Both the position numbers and the translations under genes were made by a program. Below the pieces are notes generated by a model. That model saw only the letters and a list, made by a program, of their open reading frames with translations. It was not told the DNA's origin and made no database searches. A stretch of DNA of 64,000 bases from Candidatus Bathyarchaeota archaeon (GTDB lineage Archaea; Thermoproteota; Bathyarchaeia; 40CM-2-53-6), in assembly GCA_963726255.1 (NCBI GenBank), contig CAVSBL010000002.1, positions 1,888,001-1,952,000 of the forward strand. Direction: 5' to 3'. Position 1 is the first letter of the stretch, and each line of letters begins with the position of its first letter. This document shows positions 29,077-38,920 of the stretch, piece after piece.

Positions 29077-30012
29077 TTGAAGAAAAGTACTGCAGAAAAA
29101 GAATACGACCTCTTAATCATTGGCGGAGGGCCAGCAGGCCTAACCGCAGCCGCCTACGCTATCAGAAAAAGAATCGAAACAATGTTAATCAGCGAAGACC
29201 TCGGCGGCAAAACCAACTACACGTTTTCCATACCGGGAGTTGAGACGCACCTCGTCATAGATGGTGAAGAACTTGTTGGCAAGTTTAAGAGCCAAATGCA
29301 GTACCTCGACTTTGCACATTACCTAGACCAAGTCACGCAACTAGAACGAACAAGTGATGGGTTTGCTGCAAGAACAAAGGGCGGAAAAACATTCAGGGGC
29401 AAAGCCGCAATAATCGCTATAGGCGTAATGCCAAGGCGACTGAACGTTCCTGGCGAGAAGGAGTTCCTGGGCCGCGGAGTCAGCTACTCTGCTGTCAGCC
29501 ACGCACCATTATTCATTGACATGGAAGTCGCCGTCGTAGGCGACGGACCGTCAGCACTTCATGCCGCCGCTGAACTTGCACAAATAGCTAGGAAAGTCAA
29601 CGTGATCGGTGTCCCTGGCAAGTACGTGGACTCTGAGCTAGGCAAGAGTCTTAGCCGCTCTGGAAAAGTAGAATTCTTCAGCAACTATGAGGTTGAGGAA
29701 ATTCGCGGCAAGATGACCGTGGAACACATACTGATAAAATCCAAGGCCGACAAGACCGAGAAAGAAATCAGCGTGAGCGGAGTCTTCGTCGAGTTAGGCT
29801 ACATTCCGAACAAAGAGTTGTTCTCCGGCCTTGTGAAGACCACCGCCGAGGGAAGAATCATGATCAGCGAGAACAACCAAACTAGCGCTCCAGGCCTCTT
29901 TGCAGCGGGAGACGTAACCGATGTGAACGCTCAACAGGTTGTCATAGCGATCGGGGAAGGAGCCAACGCCGCACTAAGCGCCTACAACTACCTACTCAGC
30001 ATGAAGCGCTAG
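29077..30012 (+). CDS. Thioredoxin-reductase-fold flavoprotein lacking the CxxC
   Basis: GGGPAG, LNVPGEKEFLGRGVSY, GLFAAGDVT; active-site position reads SAVSH. Confidence 0.85.
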   Translation: MKKSTAEKEYDLLIIGGGPAGLTAAAYAIRKRIETMLISEDLGGKTNYTFSIPGVETHLVIDGEELVGKFKSQMQYLDFAHYLDQVTQLERTSDGFAARTKGGKTFRGKAAIIAIGVMPRRLNVPGEKEFLGRGVSYSAVSHAPLFIDMEVAVVGDGPSALHAAAELAQIARKVNVIGVPGKYVDSELGKSLSRSGKVEFFSNYEVEEIRGKMTVEHILIKSKADKTEKEISVSGVFVELGYIPNKELFSGLVKTTAEGRIMISENNQTSAPGLFAAGDVTDVNAQQVVIAIGEGANAALSAYNYLLSMKR

Positions 30013-30060
30013 CGCTATTCGCCGGCAGGAGTAATGCCACTTAGTAGAAAAGTGGAACAA

Positions 30061-30077
30061 TCTCCTTTTTTTATTTC
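30061..30077 (+). terminator. Oligo-T archaeal terminator candidate
   Basis: TCTCCTTTTTTTATTTC about 50 nt after the TrxR-like stop. Confidence 0.45.
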
Positions 30078-30252
30078 ATCTCCAACCCATTTTAATACCT
30101 AGCAAATGCTAACCTTCTGATAGGAATGTGTGGTGAAATGAGTTTGCCTAAGAAACGCAAGGTCAAGATGGTAGCGCGACGGAGCCAGCCTGTGGGTTCG
30201 TCCGACCCGCCTGAATATGTGGCGTAGCGATCTGGTATATTCTGCCGCGAGC

Positions 30253-31653
30253 CTAGGACAACCAGTCGCTGTGAAATTGCCCTGGCTTGTCGATTCGTTC
30301 GTAGCCGTGCGCGCCGAAAAGGTCACGTAACGCCTGTATGAAATTGGCCGGTAGTCTTTCGCTTCTATAGCCGTCATAATAGTCTAACGAAGCATCAATT
30401 GCCGGAATCGGGACGCCGGCGAGCTTCGCGCACTTAACCGTATCTCGCCATTTATTATCAAGTCTGGTTAGCGTTGCAGCAAATTCAGGGTCAAGCAAGA
30501 AGTTTTCCAAGTTCGCGTTCGCCTGGAAGGCCCTACTGATTGAGTCGAGAACTCTAGCGCGAATTATGCACCCCCCCTTCCATATGCGCGCGACTTCGGT
30601 AAATGGAATTCCGTACTGATAGTTTTCTGAAGCAGCGCTCATCAAATGAAAACCCTGCGCATAGGATACAACTATTGAGGCACGGACCCCACCCTCCAGT
30701 CTCTCCGTGAAGTTTCCCGGCAGCGAATGGGAGGCAGTTTTTCTACGCGTTTTCGTTATGTGTGCAGCTCTTACGCGTTGATCCTTCAGCGCCGAAAGAT
30801 TCCTTGATGCGACGGCTGCGTCGATCGTGGGTGTTGGTATTCCTAGATCCATAGCGTTCTGTGAGGTCCATTTTCCAGTTCCTTTTTGTTTTGCTCGGTC
30901 AAGAATCAACGAAACTAGCGGGCGCTTGGTTTCCGGGTCTGTTTTCTCTAAGGCGTGGGTGGCGATTTCCATTAGGAATGAGTTGAGTTCGCGTTCGTTC
31001 CATTCTTTGAAAACGTTCCGCACCTGTCTGGTGCTAAGTCGGCCGGCTCGTGTTAGTAAGTCGTATGCTTCAGCTATGACTTGGATTATGGCGTATTCAA
31101 TGCCGTTATGAATCATTTTGACGTAGTGGCCTGCGCCGCGTGGGCCGAGGTATTGGCAGCAAGCACCATCCACCTGCGCCGCTATTCGGTCTAGCATCTC
31201 GCCGACGTGGTCGTAGCCCTCTTTCGGCCCTCCAACCATAATGCATGGACCTTTGAGCGCACCTTCTTCACCACCGCTAACGCCCACCCCTAAGAAGTGA
31301 ATTCCAAGCTTGGCTAGTTCGCTGCTTCTTCGCTCTGTGTCCTGAAAGTATGAATTCCCCCCATCCATCACCACGTCACCACGCGAAAGTAAGTTTGTAA
31401 GTCCGCTGATAGCGGCGTCTACCGCCGAACCGGCCGTCACCATCAAAAAGACACGCCGTGGTTGAGAGAGCGTGTTGACGAAGTCGGGGAGAGTGTAGGT
31501 TGCGGCGATTTCAGGATGTTTGCCTGCGAATTCCTTAGTCCTCGCTTCGGTGCGATTGTAGACGGCGACTGAATAGCCGTGATTTTGAAAGTTCAATGCC
31601 AGGTTTTGGCCCATGACGCCAAGCCCAATCAATCCTACGTCTTTCCCTTCCAA
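30253..31653 (-). CDS. gndA: NADP-dependent 6-phosphogluconate dehydrogenase (long form)
   Basis: GLGVMG, YNRT, DGGNS, GVSGGEEGA, KMIHNGIEY, QKGTGKWT, GCIIRA, QALRDLFGAHGY. Confidence 0.95.
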   Translation of the reverse strand: MEGKDVGLIGLGVMGQNLALNFQNHGYSVAVYNRTEARTKEFAGKHPEIAATYTLPDFVNTLSQPRRVFLMVTAGSAVDAAISGLTNLLSRGDVVMDGGNSYFQDTERRSSELAKLGIHFLGVGVSGGEEGALKGPCIMVGGPKEGYDHVGEMLDRIAAQVDGACCQYLGPRGAGHYVKMIHNGIEYAIIQVIAEAYDLLTRAGRLSTRQVRNVFKEWNERELNSFLMEIATHALEKTDPETKRPLVSLILDRAKQKGTGKWTSQNAMDLGIPTPTIDAAVASRNLSALKDQRVRAAHITKTRRKTASHSLPGNFTERLEGGVRASIVVSYAQGFHLMSAASENYQYGIPFTEVARIWKGGCIIRARVLDSISRAFQANANLENFLLDPEFAATLTRLDNKWRDTVKCAKLAGVPIPAIDASLDYYDGYRSERLPANFIQALRDLFGAHGYERIDKPGQFHSDWLS

Positions 31654-31713
31654 CAGTCTCAGCCCAGGCTACCTAATGTCGCGCGTAGCTTCAAAAAGAG
31701 TTCAGCTTTGCAG

Positions 31714-32805
31714 CTAAACCTGCTTGCGGCGGCTGCGTGAACGGCGTCTTATAGGCTTGGTTCTTCTGCGTGCGAGAAGGTAAGCGAATGCTAGGATGAC
31801 TACGATTCCTCCAAGGATAACGGCTGGCTCAGAATAATCTCCTTGCCAGGCGGCGGTGATCGTGTGTGGTTGGTTCATGGATATGGTTCCCGCTGTTGAG
31901 CGTGCGAGTAATTGGCCGTTTTCATACCAGCCTTGAAAGTTCAGTTTACCTCCTAAAATTCCGAGAGGCCCGCCCATCGGTTCGGTTTGGGCCACCGAGA
32001 ATGTTGCCGTCGTGCCTTCATCATACCACCCTGCTCCCGTAGAGTTTGTTTGTGGCCCGGTTATTGCTAGGAGGTTCTGCGTCGTGTAGGTCACATCGAG
32101 GTTTGTGTCACCGGTTACGAAGACGTTCCTGTTGGCGTTGGTCGACCCATCTGGCCAGTGGTCAAACCTTAACCGTGTTGTTGGATTGACCTGAACGAGG
32201 AGGGGCACTGTGATATTATGTTCACCCAATGCGACTCCAACCGCGGCCGGTCCTGGCGGTTGTTGTAACCCGTCGACGGAGACGGCCACAGCCGCTGGAA
32301 CAGTCACCCTCAAGGTTACAGGGGTCAGCTCGATTCCGAATAGGACGCTGTTGGTTGTCTTCGGGATTAGCGCGCCACTCGAGTCGAAAAATGCTGCTGT
32401 CATGTTCAACTTCCAAATTCCGGGTTGATGTTTCCCGCCGAGTACTCCGCCGATTCTGAAGCTCAACTGTTCAACACCTGATGCTGCGCTGACGTTAATG
32501 ATGCAAAACGCTGTGAGTACAAACTGGTTTATGCATGGGTTGGGTGAAGACGTGGCAATGCCTGGTACGATTCTCTGAGGCGTCATTTCCGCGTCAAGTA
32601 CGCCCACCGCGAGGGAATTGCCCGGGAGAGCATCACTGTAGTTGACAGTTGCCGTGACGTAGATAGGTTCTGCGCTGCCGGCGGTCGTCTGGCTAGGGTG
32701 TGTGAGCCCATAGATACTTGTCGCCTGAACTGCATAAGCGTTAGGCAACGCGATAACGAGAGAAGTTACGAGCAAGCTTACGATTAAGATTTGAGCGTTA
32801 TTCAA
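31714..32805 (-). CDS. Cell-surface protein with beta-sandwich domains and C-terminal TM anchor
   Basis: Signal peptide; 'FDHW.DG' and 'GAGWY..GT.AT...FQGWY' repeat-type motifs; TM helix + Arg-rich tail. Confidence 0.75.
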   Translation of the reverse strand: MNNAQILIVSLLVTSLVIALPNAYAVQATSIYGLTHPSQTTAGSAEPIYVTATVNYSDALPGNSLAVGVLDAEMTPQRIVPGIATSSPNPCINQFVLTAFCIINVSAASGVEQLSFRIGGVLGGKHQPGIWKLNMTAAFFDSSGALIPKTTNSVLFGIELTPVTLRVTVPAAVAVSVDGLQQPPGPAAVGVALGEHNITVPLLVQVNPTTRLRFDHWPDGSTNANRNVFVTGDTNLDVTYTTQNLLAITGPQTNSTGAGWYDEGTTATFSVAQTEPMGGPLGILGGKLNFQGWYENGQLLARSTAGTISMNQPHTITAAWQGDYSEPAVILGGIVVILAFAYLLARRRTKPIRRRSRSRRKQV

Positions 32806-32877
32806 TTGGAAGCCTGCGCAAATTGAAGTCTAACGGCAAGGGTCCGTTCTGGGTGAAAACCCTTCCGGTTAACTTCA

Positions 32878-35805
32878 TCAGATTCTGGTTTGCAGGGTTT
32901 TCGCGAGTTTAGCAGAGGTCAAAGCGGCGGACAGGAAGAGCATTGAAAGCACGACGGTTGCAGAGGATGCCATTAGAAGTTGTGGAAAACTGAAGATTTC
33001 ACCGAGCAGAAGACCCGCCATACCGCCGAGTAAGCAAACTCCGAGCAATTTCACGAGTAAGTTTTGCTCTCTCAACCCACGTAAGCGCCGGACCTTTGTC
33101 CTGACTAGGCTGAGCGGCAAGCCAAGATAGAAGGCGCCAATTAGGCTGCTCGCCAATAGTCCCGAGAGGAGTGCGGCGAGTTCAGGATAGGCTGATGTCG
33201 TCGAAAACAGGTTTGAGGTTAGGTAAAGGATTCCTATGAGCGGGTACAACACGCCTTTCATTATTGTTCGCTCAACCCAATGCGTTGTCAGGTAACTCGC
33301 CGCGTACGGGCTGAAGGAATAGTACCATGCGTTGAAGGCAACCATGAAGTTTGAACCAGCCTGCGTCTTCATAATTGAAAAGTCACGGAAATTACGCAGC
33401 AACTGTACTTCTGGAGCAAGCTCGGAACCGTATGTTGCGGTGGCAATGAGACATTTCGGAGCTGCTGCAGCTGCAATTAGTATTGCTAGATTCGCGCTAT
33501 GAGTTATCGCGCCACTCGTCCCGGTAATAGACAAGGTGAAGGAACCTGTTGACGACGTGGACGTTGCGCTCACCGTGAGTGTAGAACTTGCAGGAGTGCC
33601 TGTTGAGGGTGTTACAGGACTCGACAAGCTAGCTGAAACACCGGACGGGGCCGACCCTACCCAAGAATAGCTTAGGTCAACCGCCGAATTGAAGCCGTTT
33701 ATTGAAGTAACCGTGATTGTCGACGTCCCGCTCGCTCCTTGGGTTACCGATATTGATGTCGGGTTTCCGCTAACCGAGAAGTCGGGTGTTATCGTGATCG
33801 TCAACCCTAGTGGTTGTGAGTGGATCAAACTTCCGCTTGTGCCGGTGATTGTTATCGTTGTAACTAGAGGGAGCGTTCCAGCGTCGACGCTCACGGTTGC
33901 CATGGATGTTACCGTACCGCCGGCGGGCGGCGTCACAGCTGGTGGAGAGAAAGTCACGTGGACGCCAGCCGGTAAGGCGCTTGTGCTCAGGGCGACAGCT
34001 GAGTTGAACGACCCCATGGATGTAATCGTGACGGTGTCAGTTGCCGAGCCACTAGCTCCAACACTTAGGGTCGGCGAGGTGAGTGACAATGAGAAGTCAG
34101 CACCAGAAGTAACGGTGAGCGCGAAAGATGTTGTATGCGTTCCTGACGAACCCGTCCCACTTACCGTTATGGTTGTAGTTCCCACGGGTACGCTAGCGCC
34201 AACGTTGATGGTCAGCGTGGCAGAGGCGCTCCCACTCGATGGAATCGAAATGGGATTCGGGCTGAAAGCTGAGAAGGTGACGCCGGCTGGGACTGAGCCG
34301 GTTACTGAGAGTGCGACAGGGCCCGAAAAGCCTAGTTGGGAAGTGCCTGTAATCGTAACCATGCCCGAACCGCCCTGCGGAACTGAAACGGTTGGCGGTG
34401 AGGGGCTTAGGGTGAAGTCTGAGGCGGTCGGCGATAGCTCGGCGACTTTGTTCGCTCCGGCCTCCAGGATCCAAACGTTGCCAGAAGAGTCGACTACGAC
34501 ATCATGCGGCTGTGTGTGACTGCCTATTGACCATTCTGTGAACTGCCCGTTCGGTGCACCAACGTTAGGCGCACTTGCCGGCGCAACCACATTCGTTGAA
34601 ACTGCAGTCGGAGGAAGAACTGCCGCCGTAACTGCGACTGGTCCACCACCTGAGGGCGAGGTAACTGGTGTCGCAGAGACAACTGAACCACCTGCAGACG
34701 GGTCGAGTTCAGCCACTTTCCCATTCCCTGCGCTTACCGAGTCTTCCGCTATCCAGGGGTGTTGAGTTAGCGGGTTGATGCTGATCAGCCTCGGGTCCGC
34801 GCCGATGGTTGGGATCTGCCATTCCTTGATAGTGTTAGCTCCAATATTCAGTAATCCAACATAATTATCGGCACCCGACGCCGACTGGACGCCTTGTGTG
34901 TACCATACTTGTCCAAGGCTATCGACCGATATGAAATCCCCTTGTGCCGAGCCGTGAGTTGGCAATGGCCAGACTGTATATTGGTTCGTTACCCTATCCC
35001 ATTTCACAATGCCAGAAATCCCTTGATACCAGACGACTCCTGGACCCGCGTAGACACCATTAGCGCCTCCGCCCGCGCCTGCAGGAAAAGTATCTTCATA
35101 AAGCGTGCCGCTGTTCGGAGTTCCAGGGCTATAGATTATTTCCCCATTCACATTTCTAAGGATCTCAGTGAACCACACTCTCACATACGTTCCCGAAGGT
35201 TCAATTGAGACATACTCCGGCCCCGAACCTGCGGTGGGCAACGGGAATTCCTTAAACGTGGACGTGCTTGGCAAGAAAACAAAGACCTTGTCCTTTGCGA
35301 ATTCAGTTCCCCAAACTTCCAACTGGCCGGAAAATGTAGTTGTTGTAATCCCTGTTGGCTGTGCACCCGCCGTGGGTATTGCCCATTCCTGGAAGGTGCC
35401 GGTTGTAGGGTCAAGGTGGGCGAGATTATTGGTAAAGTATTCCAGAAACCAACAGCAGTTACCAGACGGATCGAGTGACAAACCATATGGTCCACTGTTT
35501 GCTGTCGGTACAGTCCACTCGGTCAAGGTGTAGTTAGTGGACGGGGCATATACGGGCTTAACGAGTGGGCTCCCAACGCCAACGAATGAGATTGAAAGCA
35601 GGAATACGGACAGAACAATCAAAGACTTGACGAAAACTCTTCGACTTCGGGCGGCATGACCATTTCTATTGAAGGTTACGGCCAAGGTTAGAACAACTAC
35701 CCACATATTCTGAATTGTAGGTATTTCTTGTTTTCTGCGGCCCCTCCTGCTTCCTTCATGCGGGTTGCAAGCCCAACGGAACAGGTACCTACGCGAACTA
35801 CACAA
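32878..35805 (-). CDS. Large surface protein: Vgb-like beta-propeller + three Ig-like repeats + CFI-box-CTERM domain
   Basis: Repeated EW.[IV]PT...P blades; three ~105-aa 'DF.LS...SV..G.S....ITS..GF...V.LS' repeats; CLIATATYGSELAPEVQLLRNFRD followed by TM helices. True start is probably downstream of 35805. Confidence 0.8.
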   Translation of the reverse strand: MCSSRRYLFRWACNPHEGSRRGRRKQEIPTIQNMWVVVLTLAVTFNRNGHAARSRRVFVKSLIVLSVFLLSISFVGVGSPLVKPVYAPSTNYTLTEWTVPTANSGPYGLSLDPSGNCCWFLEYFTNNLAHLDPTTGTFQEWAIPTAGAQPTGITTTTFSGQLEVWGTEFAKDKVFVFLPSTSTFKEFPLPTAGSGPEYVSIEPSGTYVRVWFTEILRNVNGEIIYSPGTPNSGTLYEDTFPAGAGGGANGVYAGPGVVWYQGISGIVKWDRVTNQYTVWPLPTHGSAQGDFISVDSLGQVWYTQGVQSASGADNYVGLLNIGANTIKEWQIPTIGADPRLISINPLTQHPWIAEDSVSAGNGKVAELDPSAGGSVVSATPVTSPSGGGPVAVTAAVLPPTAVSTNVVAPASAPNVGAPNGQFTEWSIGSHTQPHDVVVDSSGNVWILEAGANKVAELSPTASDFTLSPSPPTVSVPQGGSGMVTITGTSQLGFSGPVALSVTGSVPAGVTFSAFSPNPISIPSSGSASATLTINVGASVPVGTTTITVSGTGSSGTHTTSFALTVTSGADFSLSLTSPTLSVGASGSATDTVTITSMGSFNSAVALSTSALPAGVHVTFSPPAVTPPAGGTVTSMATVSVDAGTLPLVTTITITGTSGSLIHSQPLGLTITITPDFSVSGNPTSISVTQGASGTSTITVTSINGFNSAVDLSYSWVGSAPSGVSASLSSPVTPSTGTPASSTLTVSATSTSSTGSFTLSITGTSGAITHSANLAILIAAAAAPKCLIATATYGSELAPEVQLLRNFRDFSIMKTQAGSNFMVAFNAWYYSFSPYAASYLTTHWVERTIMKGVLYPLIGILYLTSNLFSTTSAYPELAALLSGLLASSLIGAFYLGLPLSLVRTKVRRLRGLREQNLLVKLLGVCLLGGMAGLLLGEIFSFPQLLMASSATVVLSMLFLSAALTSAKLAKTLQTRI

Positions 35806-35824
35806 TGTTTCTGAAGATAGCAGC

Positions 35825-36055
35825 CTAGTTCTTTCCAGCTGTAGCCCCGTAGAGCAACAAGAGTGCTCCCAGGAGAATCAGGGGAACCGCGAACAAAAGG
35901 TTCGGGTAGATCACAACGCTGCGAGCGGGGTTCTGCAACCCCACTATGAGGGGTATGGGAGCTGCAAGAAGAGCCACCACAAGCACAAGAAAGCCAAGGA
36001 GAATTCCGAACTTATTCACGCTGCCCACCCGACGTCTTACTAGTCCACTCACCAA
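35825..36055 (-). CDS. Small two-TM membrane protein
   Basis: Two hydrophobic helices; start overlaps the upstream gene end. Confidence 0.6.
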   Translation of the reverse strand: MVSGLVRRRVGSVNKFGILLGFLVLVVALLAAPIPLIVGLQNPARSVVIYPNLLFAVPLILLGALLLLYGATAGKN

Positions 36056-36462
36056 GCGTACCCGTACAACGCAACTAATCTCGCGACCACGCTTTCAGAA
36101 ACTACGGCCTTGATAGGTCTTTGCTCTTTCGTTGAGATGTTTTCTACGGTGGCCTTTGACCATTGGGCTTCAGATGAGCCGTACATCGAAAGCTCAAGAG
36201 TAGATTGCAATGCATCCAGCTTAACTCTCTGAGTTGGATAAGTGAGATTCAATTCATAATCGTAGCCAGTGAGTTCATCTTTGAAGATGAGGCGCTTACT
36301 TTCTCCGCCGCCACCCTCGCCTATTATGTAACGTACTAGAAAGATGCGTCGCGGAGAATTGCCCGGGCCGCGGTCTGCGATAAGAAGCGGCTCAACGCCG
36401 TGCTCCTCAGCAAACAGGAGTCTCAGGAAGCTATCAGACAAGCGGTACACCAATGTCTCCAT
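36049..36462 (-). CDS. Hypothetical protein
   Basis: Open frame from ATG 36462 (METLVYRL...), coupled to the downstream small membrane gene. Confidence 0.55.
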   Translation of the reverse strand: METLVYRLSDSFLRLLFAEEHGVEPLLIADRGPGNSPRRIFLVRYIIGEGGGGESKRLIFKDELTGYDYELNLTYPTQRVKLDALQSTLELSMYGSSEAQWSKATVENISTKEQRPIKAVVSESVVARLVALYGYAW

Positions 36463-36755
36463 GTAAATTGGGCCTCTCGGCGAGTGCACATTTCTCAAGG
36501 GTTAGCTGAGAGCGATAAAGTATAAGCATGAGAATGTAACACTGCTGGCGGAGTTGCATACCGTTGATGTCAAGGTTTGAAAAGGAAGGCCAGCGCCTAA
36601 CATGCGACAAGTGCGGCTTTGAAACAAACAGTCAAGAAATCTTCGCATTGCACAAGAAAAACTGCCCAAGAATTTGACCCGCTCCGTTACATCCCAAACT
36701 CTAGCGGAAAAGACGCTCTTCACCTTCTTTCAGCCCTCACAGGGGTAGTAGTGTC

Positions 36756-37016
36756 ATGGGGATTGAAATCGAAGGTTTCGCGTTCAACGACTACTGCCTG
36801 CAATGCCAGAAAACCACTGTACACAAGATCGAACTAGAAAGCAAAGAGCTGCTGGGGGCTTGCTCTTCATGCGGGGAAAAGCGTGCATTGACCGAATTAG
36901 AACAGGTCCATTACTCGAATACAGATCTTTGGGTTACTCGATTCAAGATAGGGAATCTTCCGAGTGTTGTTGCAGGCAGACTCCTGAACGCCGTACGCAA
37001 CACTAAACGGACGTAA
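36756..37016 (+). CDS. Zn-ribbon protein
   Basis: CLQC..TT.H...CSSCG. Confidence 0.6.
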   Translation: MGIEIEGFAFNDYCLQCQKTTVHKIELESKELLGACSSCGEKRALTELEQVHYSNTDLWVTRFKIGNLPSVVAGRLLNAVRNTKRT

Positions 37017-37405
37017 GCGTGTATAATTCCTCAGTCTACGTTTTTCGACTGAACTCGAGCTCGCCCATCATATCCGCTACTAGGAAATTTCCGGTGAATC
37101 ATCCACCACGAACTTTGAATTCCTCATCCAGATTTGTCCCAAAAACTCCATTCTATCTTCACGTGTAATTCAAAACTCGCGTGCGATCGATGGGAAAATT
37201 TCGCTTGTCGCGAACGTCAATCGGGATTCGTTGTAACATTTCGGGTTTGCGCGGGAATGCAAACCAAAATTCGTGATGACGCGGATAAATCTGGTGAAGA
37301 AATTTTCCGCGCGGCGCGTGATCATTTTGGAGTAACGCTTATATGCAGATTATTTAAATTAAGGGTAGAGTCGGGAATTCTTCCGGAGGATCTTGAGTAC
37401 AAAAA

Positions 37406-37813
37406 TTGTCTGCTAGACCTTACGCTTACAGGCAAATTGTTGCAACGCTTTTCGGATGCCGCTCAGACCTTCTCGACGACAAACTTCTCCTGAACACAAC
37501 TGTGAGAGCAATCCACAACGCGAACATGGAACTCGCGAAAACGAAAACCGCGAACCCACTCGTCTATCGAGTTGCCGACGACATAATGGGTGGTGGAGTA
37601 AGCGTGAATGCTATAATTACGACAAGCCACCTTACAGTTCACACTTCAAAGATGCATTCTACAGCGGAGTTTGATTGCGCGACATGCGGTTGTGACAGTA
37701 ATCCGTGGGCTGCGCTCGAGACTTTCAAACGTGCCTTAAGGCCTACGCACGTTATAATGCATTATCAGCATGGTGAGCAGCCAGTTCTAACAGTTCCACC
37801 CATCCAAGCCTAA
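37406..37813 (+). CDS. Divergent pyruvoyl-dependent decarboxylase proenzyme (AdoMetDC/SpeD-like)
   Basis: RQIVATLFGC...L.D, GGGVS...ITTSHLTVHT, D..TCG, PWAALE.FK.AL.P follow the SpeD layout. TTTAAA box at ~37353. Confidence 0.75.
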   Translation: MSARPYAYRQIVATLFGCRSDLLDDKLLLNTTVRAIHNANMELAKTKTANPLVYRVADDIMGGGVSVNAIITTSHLTVHTSKMHSTAEFDCATCGCDSNPWAALETFKRALRPTHVIMHYQHGEQPVLTVPPIQA

Positions 37814-37831
37814 GCGAACTGCCCGTAAGTT

Positions 37832-38227
37832 TTACTGCGCTTCTTCCCTTGAATTATCGGCGGTAGCAAGCTCAAGCTTTCTAACCGAGTTACCGATCTC
37901 GTCCAAGAGGACCTCTTCCACTCCCGGTTCCAGACTCAAAACTACCAGATGAGCCGCAGTACGGTAGAAAACCAAGAGCACTTTATCGTAACGCAAAGCC
38001 ACACGCTTAGTTGAGCCGCAGAATGGCCGCAGTTTCTCCGCAGCATCCACAATCAAGGGTGTAGCGATGGTAATGAAGTCGCGGTCGGTTTGCGCAGGTG
38101 TTAAAGAAGAAACTCCTTCTCGCATTCTCGATTCCAGAAGGTCATACTGGTGATTTAGAATAGCGATGTACCGGATGCGCTTGTCAAGTTTGAAGATGGT
38201 ATCAGTAATCTCCTTGTTCTCGATCAA
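37832..38227 (-). CDS. Profilin/roadblock-like archaeal hypothetical protein
   Basis: 'IFKLDKRIRYIAILN....ESRMREGV.SL' and 'LRYDKV...VVLSLE' pattern of TACK-type small alpha/beta proteins. Confidence 0.6.
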   Translation of the reverse strand: MIENKEITDTIFKLDKRIRYIAILNHQYDLLESRMREGVSSLTPAQTDRDFITIATPLIVDAAEKLRPFCGSTKRVALRYDKVLLVFYRTAAHLVVLSLEPGVEEVLLDEIGNSVRKLELATADNSREEAQ

Positions 38228-38340
38228 GTTTCCCAGCGATTAACCGCTGTCTACGTGGATATATGGGCTTGCAGGCGGAGGTTTTAGTGTAAGACTTAAT
38301 TCGGGCCAACGCCGGTAGGCAAATCAGTGGCGTTCAACCC

Positions 38341-38859
38341 TTGCTTGACTCGACAAAATTACGACACGAAATATCAAAGTTGTACGATAAGAACCCTCAA
38401 GGCTGGAGGGTTCTAGTCGGCAAGGACAGAACCGGATTCTACGACGTACTAATCTCGCATGGGACGGACGCTTGGCAAGTAAAAGAGTACCAGGTAAACC
38501 CCTACAAGTTCGTGGGCTTAGGGTCGAGGCTCCCTAACTCAACGCCTGGACCGTTGATTTCCAACGAAAATACCTTCGGTTTTAGACCTCTCGGAGTCGG
38601 TCAAATGAAAGAACTTGCGGCCCTAATAGATGACCCAAGGGCGGTAAGCGACCTCGCAACCAAGCTTCTAACCAAGAAACCCGTCAGCTCAACCGAAGCC
38701 CTAGAGAGCCCAGCGGTTCTGCACGGCCCAATTCTTCAAACCCCAAGGCCGATCGAAGCCCTCTCCTCTTCTCATACGAAGCTAGACGAGAAACTGAGGA
38801 GGGAGTTACAGCGGATCGTCAACAGGGAATTCAGGCACACAGTCGCCCCATACATTTGA
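38341..38859 (+). CDS. Hypothetical protein
   Basis: 172-aa ORF with protein-like composition filling the gap upstream of gad. Confidence 0.65.
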   Translation: MLDSTKLRHEISKLYDKNPQGWRVLVGKDRTGFYDVLISHGTDAWQVKEYQVNPYKFVGLGSRLPNSTPGPLISNENTFGFRPLGVGQMKELAALIDDPRAVSDLATKLLTKKPVSSTEALESPAVLHGPILQTPRPIEALSSSHTKLDEKLRRELQRIVNREFRHTVAPYI

Positions 38860-38920
38860 ACAGAATGCGCGGAACCTTCCGGGTTCACGTTCAAGGTTGA
38901 GCGCATAGGTTGCATGAATT

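Noticed and set aside
29488-29499. Selenocysteine recoding at the TrxR-like active site
   Set aside because: Codons are TCT and AGC, not TGA.
33689-34519. 276-aa plus-strand ORF
   Set aside because: Antisense shadow of the Ser/Thr/Val-rich repeats of the surface protein.
37134-37493. 119-aa plus-strand ORF
   Set aside because: Overlaps the SpeD-like gene out of frame and spans its TATA-like box; no motif.
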